A stretch of DNA of 64,000 nt, taken from contig NC_079170.1 in assembly GCF_947568905.1 (NCBI RefSeq), positions 27,094,001 to 27,158,000 on the forward strand. The letters are read 5' to 3'. The notes under the pieces were generated by a model. The model saw only the letters and a list, made by a program, of their open reading frames with translations, was not told the origin of the DNA and did not search any database. The translations under genes and the position numbers were made by a program. This stretch comes from Ostrea edulis (Eukaryota). This document shows, piece after piece, positions 24,880 through 37,791 of the stretch (position 1 is its first letter; the number at the start of each line of letters is the position of its first letter).

Positions 24880-26130
24880 CAATTCATCTTTATACTTTGA
24901 AATTTGTATTTGATCCAAACCTTCACAAAAATTTTTAAAGAGGTATTTTGCTGTATCCAGTAAATGATTTACCGAATCCCTATCTCTGTTCCTTGGAGAT
25001 ATATCAACTGCTTTGAATGAGATACTTCAAACGTATTCTATCACAATATATACAAGCAGTGATGTGAATCCAATGTGGATTCTCTAACATTCCAAAGAAC
25101 TTTTCAAAACTTTTAAATCACAAAGTTTTTCCCTAATGAAGAGCATCAAAACGTATGGTTTTCAACACTTTACACGATCATTCCTCACAATAAATCAAAG
25201 ACTATCTTTTTAACATCTTAAATATTGCTCTTTCAATAAAAATGGAACAGATAAAGGTTCATATTGTGATAATCATTAATAAAATTTCTTTCTTAGACAT
25301 CATTTTCATTCTACACGTAAGTACTCTCAAGTTGATATAAAAACGAGGCAGGAGTGGTTCATTGACAATATCTACGTCGTCTTTGGAGATCAAATCTTTA
25401 AACAGTCCGTTAGAATTCCCATTGACACGAATTGTGCTCATTTATTAGCCATTTTGTTAACATTCTATGAGGCAGAATTCATTCAAAACCTTCTACAAGA
25501 GAAGAAAAAATGTCTTGCTGTGGTCTGGCGTGTTTAAATATATCGACGTTTTACCTATTCACAATGTCTATTTCTATTAATATGTTGATGTGATATATCC
25601 CTATGAACTCGAAATAAAAGACACCAAAGATTCTTTTCGATATCCCATTCATATTTTGATATCTCATTGAACACATATGTTCATGACAAACTGACAACTC
25701 AACTTTATGACTACTTCAGCTTCTCCATCGCCAACTTCGAATATTGATGCAACAATATTCTATTATCACTTGCATGTGTTGTTTATGTCTCTCAACTGAT
25801 TAGATACATGAGAACATGTTCTATGGTCAATTTTTGATCAAGGCAAGTTACTGTCAAATAAGTTAATGTTAGGGGGTTTCAAAAGTCTTGTGTGACGTCA
25901 GAATTTTGCAAATTAATGCTCTTGTTTGAAAATACAACCTGTTGTTAGGTCGAATGTTGGCTGACGTATTCCATACCAATTGTTAGACTGTTTTTAAGAT
26001 ACTCGGTTTAACTGCGGATTACCCCGTTTACATCATCAGGATGTAGGGCTCACGGCGGGTTTGACCGGAAAAGGGGATGATTACACCGCTTAGGCACCTG
26101 ATCTTATCTCTGGTGTGTCCCGGGATTAGT
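24880..26130 (+). mobile_element. Decayed Naiad-type RT plus pseudo-LTR in the intron of gene A (antisense)
   Basis: Remnants of MWIL..SKEL, motif A (IKTY.FSTLYT.IPH), IPLTRIVL (ex-GIPMGTNCA) and VNF; paralog at 50180-51530. Confidence 0.75.
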
Positions 26131-26229
26131 ACTACCCATGCACTGCAAGTTCAGTGGCTATTTTTTTCATCTTCGTTTTGCTTTTTATTCCTTCAATTAC
26201 AAAAATAAGAAGATTGTAATCATACTTAC

Positions 26230-26281
26230 GACAACCAGAAACGAGTCCCAGTACAGCAAGAAAAACAACACACTTCATCAT
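26230..26281 (-). CDS. C1qDC gene A, signal-peptide exon (MMKCVVFLAVLGLVSGC + 1 nt)
   Basis: Acceptor TTTTTCAG at 26290, ATG at 26281, donor C|GTAAGT at 26229; C+AG gives an in-frame Gln before RGPSVAF. Confidence 0.88.
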
Positions 26282-27733
26282 GTTTTTTTCTGAAAAAGAT
26301 ATATCAAAACAATTATATATATCTCTTATATTAGCGCCAAAATTTGCAATATCTTCAGATCAGTTCACATTTTCATTAATGCAGTCAAAATAGTGAGTGT
26401 TAGATTAGATTTCAGGATCTCTATTGTCACCTTCACATTCGTCAAACTTATTTTCAAATCAATCGTCATTATGATCACATATTACTAATCTCCAAAAAAA
26501 GAAACCAATGTATGATATTGTACACGATATATCATATTGTACACAAAATCACATTGTAAACCATACCCAGCTGACGTATTTTTATTCATCATATTTTCAC
26601 AAATAGTTCTCAAATGCTTTCTTCATTGTCTACCGATTTCACACAAAAATACACAGAATCATTAACTTATGCATATATCATCTATTTTACTGCGTTTATC
26701 AGAACTTCATTTTAAAATCATCAATGAATTGTGTATGCTGTTTGTAACATGTTACATAATATACAATGGTGGGTATCTTCTAGGGGAGAATATGAGTTAG
26801 GGGGATATGATGATGAGATGAAAGTAGTCAGATTCATCTAAAAATCATTTTATCATAGAAAGGTGGTTTCTTCTGTTTGAAAAATGACAAATTATATATA
26901 TATGTCAATGAGTTGTTTCTATGGAAACAACCCCTGAACCCAACAATGTTGCAAAAAACACCAAAGGCTAAAATTTAGCAGTTGTAGATCCAAAAATATG
27001 TACAACAAACAAACAGGTTGTAAAATGAATATATTTAAGGACCATGATACAAAGAGTATATGTGATGTGGAAATATTTTAAATGGAACACAAAAACAAAT
27101 TACCCAAAATCCAGTCCGAATTTCCTCAGCGCCTCTAAAAATATCTTTTTGAGGATAGAGTTTTCTAGGAAAATGGCTAAAACATTTACTGAATGTAATT
27201 GGATTTTAACTATTTTGCTATGATCTAATGACGGCATCCATGGCTACAGGACTAACCACAACTATTGGCATATTAATGAATTGGATAAAAAGATATGATG
27301 ATCTGAAGGTCATCAGAGGTCATTGAAAATTGCTACAAACAGAAATTGGACCGATTATTCTTTCTCTACAACACATTTTTTGAAAACATCAAACACAACG
27401 TTTAAATATTATGCTCTTAAAAGTAATTAATTTGTGAAAATGATTTAGTTGGTATCAAACGGATTCAATTTGGAAACCAAACGGTCTTAATTTCCTCTGT
27501 CTTTTTGCGTTTGAGAGTTAATTGTTAAGATAAACGCCAAAAAATTGTATCCTGTATGAATGTATATAGATTTTTTTGAAATTTCATTTTAAAAATACAT
27601 AAAGGTACCGAACCAAATAAAAAAAACTTATAGATATCACTGACCAACCTAAATATACTGATCTCATTAAAACTTTAATACTTTAGAGATTATTTAACGA
27701 CTATAATCAAATTTTTGGCTCGGATTGTTTTGA

Positions 27734-27991
27734 ATGTAAAACTTATACGGTACCAATTTTGATGCACCAGATGCGCATTTCGACAAATAATGTCTCTTCA
27801 GTGATGCTCAACCGAAATGTTTGAAATCCGAAATAATTATGAAGTTTTAGAGCTAAATATAGCCAAAAACAGCGTGCCAAAAAAGTGGAGCTAAATTCGT
27901 CCAAGGATAAGAGCTATGCATGAGGGAGATAATCCTTAATTTTGAAATGAATTTCTAAATTTTATAACAGCAATTAAATATACATCCGTAT
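27734..27991 (-). mobile_element. Retrozyme-like repeat, partial unit with one hammerhead
   Basis: Reverse complement of the 16214-16743 unit. Confidence 0.85.
27764..27807 (-). ncRNA. Type I hammerhead ribozyme (family A), site at 27770
   Basis: Identical core and stems on the minus strand. Confidence 0.9.
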
Positions 27992-29294
27992 ATACAGCCT
28001 CATTTTGCTTCGAAAAAATAATTCAATCAATCAATAATCTGACATCCGATATTGATACAGTTGCGCCTTAGTATTTAATAATCTAAGATAGTCTTGTGCC
28101 ATTAGTTGTAACTGAATCAGTGTAATTTATTTTAGTAAAAGTATCAACTGTGAAAAAAATAAATAATAAAATTGACATGAATCAACGGATGATCGACACA
28201 TTCTAATTGGATCATTAGTGATTTAACTAGATACTCACTTAAATAAATTACATAACGTAGATCTACATAACTATGTACCACTCTAAACTGCAAATATTGT
28301 TTACATGCATGTATAAATTATTTGATTGTTATTGATTCTAACTATTCTTAAGTTTCAACCAATATTCTGGGGAAATTAAAAACCTTTCGAAAAGGGAAGG
28401 GGTGTAACAAGGTGGGTGCACTAAACATTTTCATAAAACTTTTAATGAATTTGGAGAAACTGATCAGTGATCAATCTCATAACTCCTATAAGGAATATAA
28501 AATAGATAGTTGGGCAAACACGGACTCCTGGACACACCAGAGGGGGGATCAGGTGCCTAGAAGGAGGGAGGGGTTAGTGCTTCATCTCCTCTAGATCCCC
28601 ATCTTTATTGTTTTAAAAAATTACACAAGAATTATAATCAAATGTTTGGTTTGGTTTTCTTTTTACGCAATCTGGGGAGGGGTGGGATCGGGTCTATGTG
28701 AATATGGAATTTGAGTAACAAATATGCCTGTTTTAAAGAAGAAGAGAGGCAGTCTGGAACACGCGTTCAAGTCTCCCCCCCCCCCACCTCACCCCGATCT
28801 GCAAATGAAAATTAGATTTGGTATAATGCATGTACTATGTTAGATTTAAAGCATACAATCATTATTTGATGAGAGCAGATACAGGATGATAAGTAAGTTT
28901 TGATTTTGCCGATTCCGCATTTCCTCTGTTTTATGTCATAGACACGTATCGGCCGATCTTATTTTAAATCCAAACATCTAACATTATATGATTTTGATTC
29001 AAATAAGCAATTAAACTTACGTACATTTCATTTATTTTTGCCCCAAAAAATGCATGCATGCACAATTCATTTGGAGCCATTTTCTTTGATGAGTAAATCG
29101 ATCGGTAATAAATTCCACCATGCATATGCAGAAATCAGTGCTAAATAATTCGTAGCCTGCTTTGTATTTTTCTACTTATTATAGTACTTGAGGTTGCATG
29201 TATCATAAATGAACCAATGAATTGCATTAAATAATTCACAACACTCAGACAGTATATACATGTTTTTCCCTAAAATATCTCTAGCAAATTTATC

Positions 29295-29398
29295 GTTATT
29301 TCGGACTTCAAACATTTCGGTTGAGCATCACTGAAGAGACATTATTTGTCGAAATGCGCATCTGGTGCATCAAAATTGGTACCGTATAAGTTTTACAT
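29295..29398 (+). mobile_element. Retrozyme-like repeat, 104-bp 5'-truncated copy
   Basis: Same 3' end (AAGTTTTACAT) as the other copies. Confidence 0.85.
29325..29368 (+). ncRNA. Type I hammerhead ribozyme (family A), site at C29362
   Basis: Identical core and stems. Confidence 0.9.
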
Positions 29399-31329
29399 GT
29401 ACAGGTAGAGGTATATACGTAAGCGGTACCACATGTACCTATATGCCGACAAAATGTTTAGTCCTCGGGTAAAGATATTTTTCAATTATTTTCATTATTT
29501 ACGAAATATCGGAATATAATACAAAATATTTATTATTACTCCGGCATGATGATAATTTTGCAAAATTTTTAGCACCAAGTTTATTGTCGTTCAATTTGGC
29601 TACATCTTTAAAATTGTGCAGAGATTCTGTTCGACTTGTTGCGATTCCGTGTTACATTTCTATTTTGAACAGATTACACAGGTCTAGAGGTATATAATAA
29701 CATGTAGTACCGTGACATATGTCAAACTCTATCTACTGTCAACGTAAACAATGTAGACATGGAGTCGAAAATCACCCGCTTGTGTCGTTACATGTACCTC
29801 ATATTTGCTAAAACACGTCATAACGGAATTTACACAAAATTATTTAATCACAATAAGGCCCCAGCTGTTATGATTTATGGTTTTGTATTTCGAAAATATG
29901 ACTTTGGTTAAAGTCATAATCAATGTATGTTACGACAACCAAGACCTAAGTACGTTAGTTCGAGTTGCGCAGTGACTTTAAACATGTCACAATAATATTC
30001 CCCTTAAAGCTTACATATTAGAAAAATATACTATTGTTACATCTAAAGGGTTCGCATGGTATAAAAGGGGATCATTTTTCCTACCCTTCACTTCTCATCA
30101 GTGTTTCCGATTTATTTGTGCAGATAGTCTCGACAGGTAACACGTACATGTACATATCCGATACTAACGTAAGGAGTGCATGTATCGACAACCAATGAAT
30201 TGACGTTTGATAACACCACGCACTGCTCACAATTACAAAAATATATATCATACATTAGTAAAGAATTTTAAAAGTTTTGGATATATAACGTTAGAATAAA
30301 AAGCTTTTCTATGGCTGATGTGACTGGTCAACAGGGGATACTTACTCCTTCTAGATACCTAACCGCACTATTGTTGTGTGCATGGGTCCGTGTTTGTCCC
30401 ACTCTTAATTTTGTATTCTTTATTGCAATTTATTAGATTGATCATTGTTCGCTAACTTCATTTATTCATACATTTTTCCTGTTTCTTTATGAAATGCAGA
30501 TATTTTTCTTCTTTAATTATTTCATATTTTTTGTTTAACAGACTGGTTTTTCTAACACAAATTAGCTTTTGGCAGAAGATGTGAAAATGTGCACGGGCAA
30601 ATACACATCGAGCGTAAACACCACAATGGCCGGAGAAAGAAAAATCACTTTGAGAATTGTTGATGATTGTTCTGAATATAATAATTAGAAACGTACTTCT
30701 CATTTGCTGAATATCAATTCAAATAAAAGATTAATTTAACATTATATGGTTGTTATAACCATGAAATTGTTAGGTCGATCTGCACACACTGATTTTGACT
30801 ACGTATTACTCCGTTTACATGATTAAGATATATGTCCAACAAGGGTTTCGATCGGTCGACAGGGGATGGTTACTCCTCCTTATCACCTAATCCCGCCTCT
30901 GATATGTAAAGGGTCTGTGTTTGCTGAAATCTTATTTTTGAATTCCTTATAGGAGTTATGAGATTGATTACCCTTCGTTATCATCACCTTTTCAGGAATC
31001 TCTCAATTAATTTACCTTCAACAAGTTATTTTCTTACGTTTTAATTGAGAAATTAAGTAAATAAGATTAGCTGAAAACACAAGAAATGCAGAGAGGTAAA
31101 TTACAAACAATTTCAAAAATCCCAAGTTCCCTCTTCATTTTACTAATGTTTGATATTTTTGTAATTATCTCAATAAGCAGACAAACAATGTATATATCAT
31201 TAGGAATCATGTTTGAAACAGCACCTTTATCGTGTCGTTTTGTTTTGGCCCACAACCAGTTTTCACACCTGCTGCACGGAGAACAATAACCACAGCCCTC
31301 ATAAGCGCTTCTCAGTACAATGTACCGTT

Positions 31330-31520
31330 GATATTTTTTCTGAGTACTTATCAGTAAATAGCAAAACTCAGAGTAAATATCAGAATTTCTCAGTACTTGA
31401 TAGAAATCACCAGTGCAGCAGTAAAATTATCAGTAATTATCAGAACCTATCGGTATCGACAGCAGAATCGCAGTAATTATCAGAACTTCTCAGTACCGAC
31501 AGCACAATCGCACAAATTAT
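31330..31520 (+). repeat. Degenerate ~41-bp minisatellite
   Basis: CAGTAATTATCAGAAC / TTCTCAGTAC recur several times. Confidence 0.6.
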
Positions 31521-33084
31521 TAGCATTTATCAAGAAGCAATGTCACTCAATACGTTTTTCTTTGAATAGGGTTGACTAAAATAATCATGATGCCTCCGAT
31601 TGTTCTCTTAGAATTTGATATTTGCAAGAGCTCATAATTATGATTTTCATACTCAGAAGCCAACATCATTAAAACTTTTCGAAGACATTTCTACATAAAA
31701 TATTGTATTAAATACATTGTTTTACGAATGCTACGGTTTATTTATAGTCGTACTTACCACCACGGCTTCACGGTACTGTAAAGTAAGGTTGAGAATATAT
31801 CAGAATACCTACATATTATATACCATTCCATCACCACATCTGGTGATGAATTACATACATAATATCGATACTTAATTTTGTTTATGCGGCTCCAGTATCA
31901 GTTACATTTGTAAAGAACAAATGTTAACATCAAAAACCCAGATATTCAAATTTATAAAACTACATTTCAAATATAATGGATCCCGTTATGATCAGAATGC
32001 CCACATATTATTTTAATAATTGATGGTATCGCCATCTGGTTCCAAACTCCTTTGATGTTATCGATATTTGATTTCATGTATGCCTCATCAGAATGAGTTA
32101 CATTTGTAAAGAATAATTTGTAGCAACAAGCTAGGAGATATTGAAGTTTATAAACTGCATTTTTAAAATGTTGCTTATTATTATAGATTAGAATACCTCT
32201 ATATTTCCTATCATCCCACATCCAAATCTGGTGTCAACTTACAGAAACATTATCGAGTCACGTGCTGAAACAGGTGATGATCACTGGATTAGAACTTTGG
32301 GTATTGCATTTCTATATGGGCGTAATGATAAAGTAGAAAATGTGGGGTAACTTTCAAGTCTACAATCAAGAATGAAATTGTTTGAAATAGACAGAAATAG
32401 AGAAAAGACTAAAGAAATTACCGTGGTAGGGGTATGCCTGAAAAGAAGGGGGTAATTTACTGTAGATCTATGTATCTTGTAAAAACAAAATACCAATATG
32501 ACTTATTAAAAGCAATAGAATTACTTGTATATACTTTTGTAGTTTTTTATTAGCACTTGGAATGAACTTTAAATTGTTGGTGGAAATTCAATCTCAAATC
32601 AACAGAGTTAATAAATGAAAGAGTCATGTGAGAAATGAATTGGTACTCCTTTTATTTATAATTTAGACGCGGTGTTTTTTATGGATACCCTCCAAAGGCT
32701 TGTATGTGAAAAAAAAATATTTGACGAGGGATACAGTTTCAAATCTCTTTCATTTTTTTTCCAATTGTACACCAAATAAGAGAAACTCGTTATGGAATTA
32801 AGAACATTTTCTACTGTTTTTAATGATTAAGTAGAAAAAATCTATTATAATATGGAATGCATTAAGTGCTTATCTTAATATAAATACAGTGTAAAAATAG
32901 AAACATATCACGATTGGCATGATAATTTATGCCAATATGACGATTGCTATAATAGAAAGGTATATTATGAATTCACCAAATCAAATTTTCTCATATAGCA
33001 AACAGGTTATGTAAGTATAAGATGTATTGTGTACAATATTCACTTGATGAAATATGTTACTGTAGCAGATATGGTTTTGTCTTT

Positions 33085-33315
33085 GCTGAGAATCGTACCG
33101 AGACTTCTGGCACGACAGTCCAGTGCTCTACCGAGAAAGCTCAATGGTTAGCCATCTAGCCAGAGCTAGTAGGGGAGTCCTGCATTTTACACTACTACAT
33201 TGTCTCCCCTCAGCGAGAGATGCGTCACGACGCTCCCTAACGTGTCTGTGGGATGGAGTTCTTCGGGTAATCACCAGAGATTACCTGGGCCCCACGTTAG
33301 GGACGAAATGTAACA
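33085..33315 (-). mobile_element. TRIM remnant with tRNA-like LTR (Helenus-like): LTR end, PBS, short internal region, PPT, LTR start
   Basis: Minus strand TGTTACA|TTTCGTCCCTAACGTGGGGC (tRNA-Lys-like PBS) ... GAGGGGAGACAA|TGTAGT, then CGGTAGAGCACTGGACT...GGTACGATTCTC (A/B-box-like). Confidence 0.55.
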
Positions 33316-34225
33316 GTCATGTATATACATCTATTGAAGACTGAACCCAAGATCGCTGACACGACAGTCTATGACTCTACCGATCGAGCTAAAGAGCATC
33401 TACCACTACCACATTACAATATCCGTAATGATATAAAATTACATTGCATGTTTCTTACAAATACTTTAACTTCACTTACTGATTATGAATTTTATTACAT
33501 TATTTATTCTCTCTGTCTAATGCCCAAAATATGTATTTTGGAATGAGATATTGTTTCAGTCTTTATATGTGAATTGAGAAACATAAGGTAAAATAAAGTT
33601 TAGAAAAACTCCTTATATATGATCTGAGTAATGCTATGTAATACTATATATCTGAATTATCTGTTATCTATATATCTTATGAAAATATCCAAATAACGGC
33701 GAGAGAAAAAATTGAAAATGTGATCATTCCGGGTTGTAAAACTGCATTATAAGGATATTACTTCCATTTCGACCTATCGGTATTTTGTTTATCATTTCAG
33801 ATGGTCTAATCCGCGATATTCTTAGAGGGATATTCAGAATTACAGAAAACAATTGATCGAAATACTCTAAAGAACCACAACAGAAAAAAATTATGGATTA
33901 TTTTTGCTCGTTCTAGATGAACTAGAGTGATAACACTTGTTGTTACCCTGTGTGACCCATGTATTGAGGCTATGACCGCACGTTCTACGGAGAGTTCAGG
34001 TATATTTTTACTATCTGTAATGTACTGTTGTCATCTTTTTATGAAACCTATAGGAAAACCAGTTTCTCAGAATACGCACATTGTGCCATTGTGCATCGTC
34101 TCAGTCATCAGGAGAGCGTTTGTAGGCTGATGGACCTCTTGTTTTTTTAATCAAAAGATACAATGAATCAACACATGAATAAATGCAGTTTCTGTTTGAT
34201 AAATCTTCACGCTGCTCAAATATAT

Positions 34226-34623
34226 TTCTAGTTCGTTAATTAGAAAACCAGAAAAGACATTATAAAAGCCGTAGTAATGAAATTTAGCTTTTACTCCGTT
34301 CCTGTTCTGGATCCAGATTTTATCCCCCTTGTTTAACAGCAGCTGTGGAGTCTGACTAGCAAGTGGATATGTGTTGGCATTAGAAAACACAACGGACATC
34401 TTGTCGCCATTCTTAGCAATATTGACGTGGACAGAATTACTTGGAAGACTCATCAAGCTGCAAGAGATGCTGTAGAGACCGTTATAGGGGCGGTAAAAAC
34501 ACCAGTTGTCGGTTGATAGGCCCCGCCCCAATTCGTCAACATGTGATCATACTTTACCACAGCATGAGCACTCACTTTTGTGTCTTTAGATAAAATGGCC
34601 GTAAAGGCAACCTTCCCTCCTCT
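34226..34623 (-). pseudogene. C1qDC pseudogene, C1q exon
   Basis: Full gC1q homology, but 2 nt lost after the acceptor, -1 in ACCGCCCCTAT, and stop codon changed to GAA. Confidence 0.85.
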
Positions 34624-35608
34624 CTGTGGTCAAACAAAAATAAAACATCATCGTACGAAGTACATTTGGGTAGATTTTTTTAGTGTTCATGTTCACAACC
34701 ATAGTGGAATATAGCAATCTGACTAAAGCACAGACCTATATTATATATATATAGTATAGGTCTGTATTTTAGTCAGATTGGTACAATAGTTTTCTAGAGG
34801 TAGCACTTTCCAATGTTTCCATCAAATACACGTATCATTCATATGATAATATTGACGATAATCAGACCTAAACAAAAAAAGAGAACTTAATTACATCTAA
34901 ACATTTCTTTGATATCATCTTTTGTATTAAACTTGTTATCAAATTGATAAGGGTATAGATTTACCTTTAAATCTGTCTCAGATGAAGGCTATACCAACAT
35001 CAAAATCAAGCTAGATTGACAACACCAAGCTAACATTATGTTACTATATAAAATTGTATTGTTTTGAGAAGTGCTTAACACAGTGGTTACCAATTAATAA
35101 GCATGTCTGAATATCTCGATTTATGTTCCATGAATAACAATTAGTTGTATAAATAGTTTTTTTTTTTTAATCCTATAATGTAATGACAATGCATTAGTTA
35201 AGCACGGTAATGGTAATGTAAGGATTTACTTTTTAAAGACAACGACGATTGGTAAAGGTAATTTAATGCCCAAAATAATTACGATAATTGTAATAATATA
35301 TATAATATCCATTTTTTCTTCTAAGATATTTTCCATTAATTTGTCTGTTTTTGTAATGGCAATGCATCACCTAAGTAAGGTAATGGTGGTGTAATGACTT
35401 AATATTTAAAGAAAGAGACGAATGACAAAAGTAATTTATTGCCCAAAATAATTCGATAGTTGAAATGAAATGCACTACTTCAAAATGTTATTCTCACCAA
35501 GCCTGTTCAATACATTACAAATTCAATATGTTTCTTTCTTTTGAGATATTTACCATTAATTTTTTTATTTCTTCATTTACATAATCATATCAGTGTAATT
35601 GTACTTAC

Positions 35609-35660
35609 GACACCAGAAATGAGTCTCAGTGCAGCACAAAAAGTATGAATATTTCATCAT
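35609..35660 (-). pseudogene. C1qDC pseudogene, signal-peptide exon
   Basis: Homologous 52-nt exon with acceptor and GTAAGT donor; compensating +1/-1 indels give MMKYSYFLCCTETHFWC. Confidence 0.75.
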
Positions 35661-37791
35661 GTCTCTCTTCTGAAAAACATAACGTTATAAAAAGATATAA
35701 TTTGGATTTGTTCCTGATATTAGCGCAAAAAACATACAATATCTTCACTTCAGTCCACAGTTTCATTATCACAGTTAAACAGTTTATAGTGTTATGCCCC
35801 CTGTCAGTATCTCTTTGTTCACTTAGATTAATGATGCTTTTTTCCGAATTATTTGTACAATATATCAGAATCCAACAGTTGCCCACGACTTCATTACCTT
35901 AAACTGAGTGGAGAAAGTCGGAAATCCCTGGTGTGTCCAGGGGTCCGTGTTTGCCCAACTGTCTATTTTGTATTGCTTATAGGAATTACGAGATTGATGA
36001 CTGTTCGTTATCTTCACTTTTCATCAACAATGTACCAGGTTTGAACAAGTAAACCATGGTTCACACCGATTTCCACATGTCTAATCTATTTTACCGTGTT
36101 CATTAGAATGTCTTTGCATTATTATAAGGGAATTGTATACGATGATTGGAAGGGTCATATTTTACGATGAAGGGTATATCTTTAGTATAAGCTGAGATAT
36201 TGTTTTATTTCTATTCCGATTACTTTGATGTCACAAATAAAAAAATTTATCAGCTTCTAAACTTGATACTGAGTATTCTAGCAATGCAGTAGTATCCGAT
36301 GAATTTAAATACTCGAGAGAACAGTTTCGTGATACCTTTTGATATAGTCAACCTGACCTGCGTGTTAAATTTCACAACTTTTTCTGGGAACTCTCAATCT
36401 CTAGAATTCCATTCTGAATCCATATATTCTATTTCAATTCATTTACGATATATTAATTTGATTGAGATTTGTTCTAGAAAAACTTTAACACTTCGCAAAT
36501 ATTATATGTTTGACCTGTATCAAATTTATGTTTATTTCTTAACAAAGTTGATAAAAGAGATATATATGATGTTTTTTCTATTCAATGATTTAACATGTTT
36601 GCTTTATGGGGTACACTTATTATTGCGATTCATTTCTGCTAATTGTAAACATGAAAAAGCTAGATGATATCTTTTTAATTGAAAAGGAGTCAACGTTCAT
36701 GCTAACTGGCTTATCATCAAGAACAATGACTTCAATTTTTTCCTACATATTAACATTTGCTGCAGATATAGAATACATGTCTTTTACTCGGGATTCAACA
36801 ACTGTGAAACATTCAACAGAAATATTTCTACTTCAAGCTCATAATCAATGCATTGCATTAAAGATATTGTTCTCACTAGTTTTAATGTTTATTTACAGTC
36901 ATGATAACAACCAACAGAACTTATCAGTACTATAAAATACGGTTCAGCGGAAATATGTTTACCTGATTTAACAGTTTTAGCTTATGTTTTTAAGGCTTAT
37001 TTACAGTCACAATTACAGTCAGACGAATTAATCAGTAATGTTAAGAATAGATCGGAATACCTACATATCAAATCCTACTCCCTATATACACCTAGTGCGA
37101 ATCAGAGTGTCATTAGCAGTACTTGAATGTATTTATACGACCTCAGTGTCAGCTATACTTGTGTAGAATAAATTTTAACTTCCTTACATGAAAGGTATTC
37201 TTAAAGTCATAAAACTGTACTGTTGAAATATTGCCCCATGTCCAGCTTATCGGCGTAGTCTGAAACTTTTTCTTCATAATTACAGTCCAATTCTAGATAT
37301 TCCTAGACGAGTATTTCGAATTACTGAAATCCCCAGGATTTTTATCTATATTTTTTGTATTCTTTTTAGAGAAATGCTCTTATATACAAAATACACAAGA
37401 TAAACAATTTTTTGGATTGCTTATGATCATTTTAAGTCATGTGATTTTATCAAAGCTTTTTCCGTTTCATTACTTTTCATTTTGAATTAGAACAACTCAC
37501 ATTTTTACATAGACTTGTCCGTCCTTATTGTTTGTGAACTGTTTATTGTGGCTATGACTGCACGTTCTAAGGAAAGTTCAGGAACATTGTTGCCACTGGA
37601 TATTTATTTTTATAACTTGATAATAGCACATACAGGGAACCAGTTTCGCAGAGTATCATTGTGTAATCTTATTCTAATCATCAGATCATTGTTTCAATGT
37701 CAACGTTTCTCTTGGTTTTTTTTCTTCAGTTCGATGATATAAAAAATTAGCGCATGTTAAACGGATAACTTTTTACATTTGTCAAATAAAT

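Larger units (their letters stand above)
16890..26950. repeat. Segmental duplication, copy 1 (paralogous to ~40510-52390)
   Basis: Same order of Naiad piece, MITE, SINE, C1q pseudogene, C1q gene, intronic Naiad and upstream flank; boundaries approximate. Confidence 0.9.

Noticed and set aside
26922-26936. kB-like GGGGTTGTTTCC upstream of both C1q genes
   Set aside because: Does not fit GGGRNNYYCC spacing; presence in both copies is explained by the duplication
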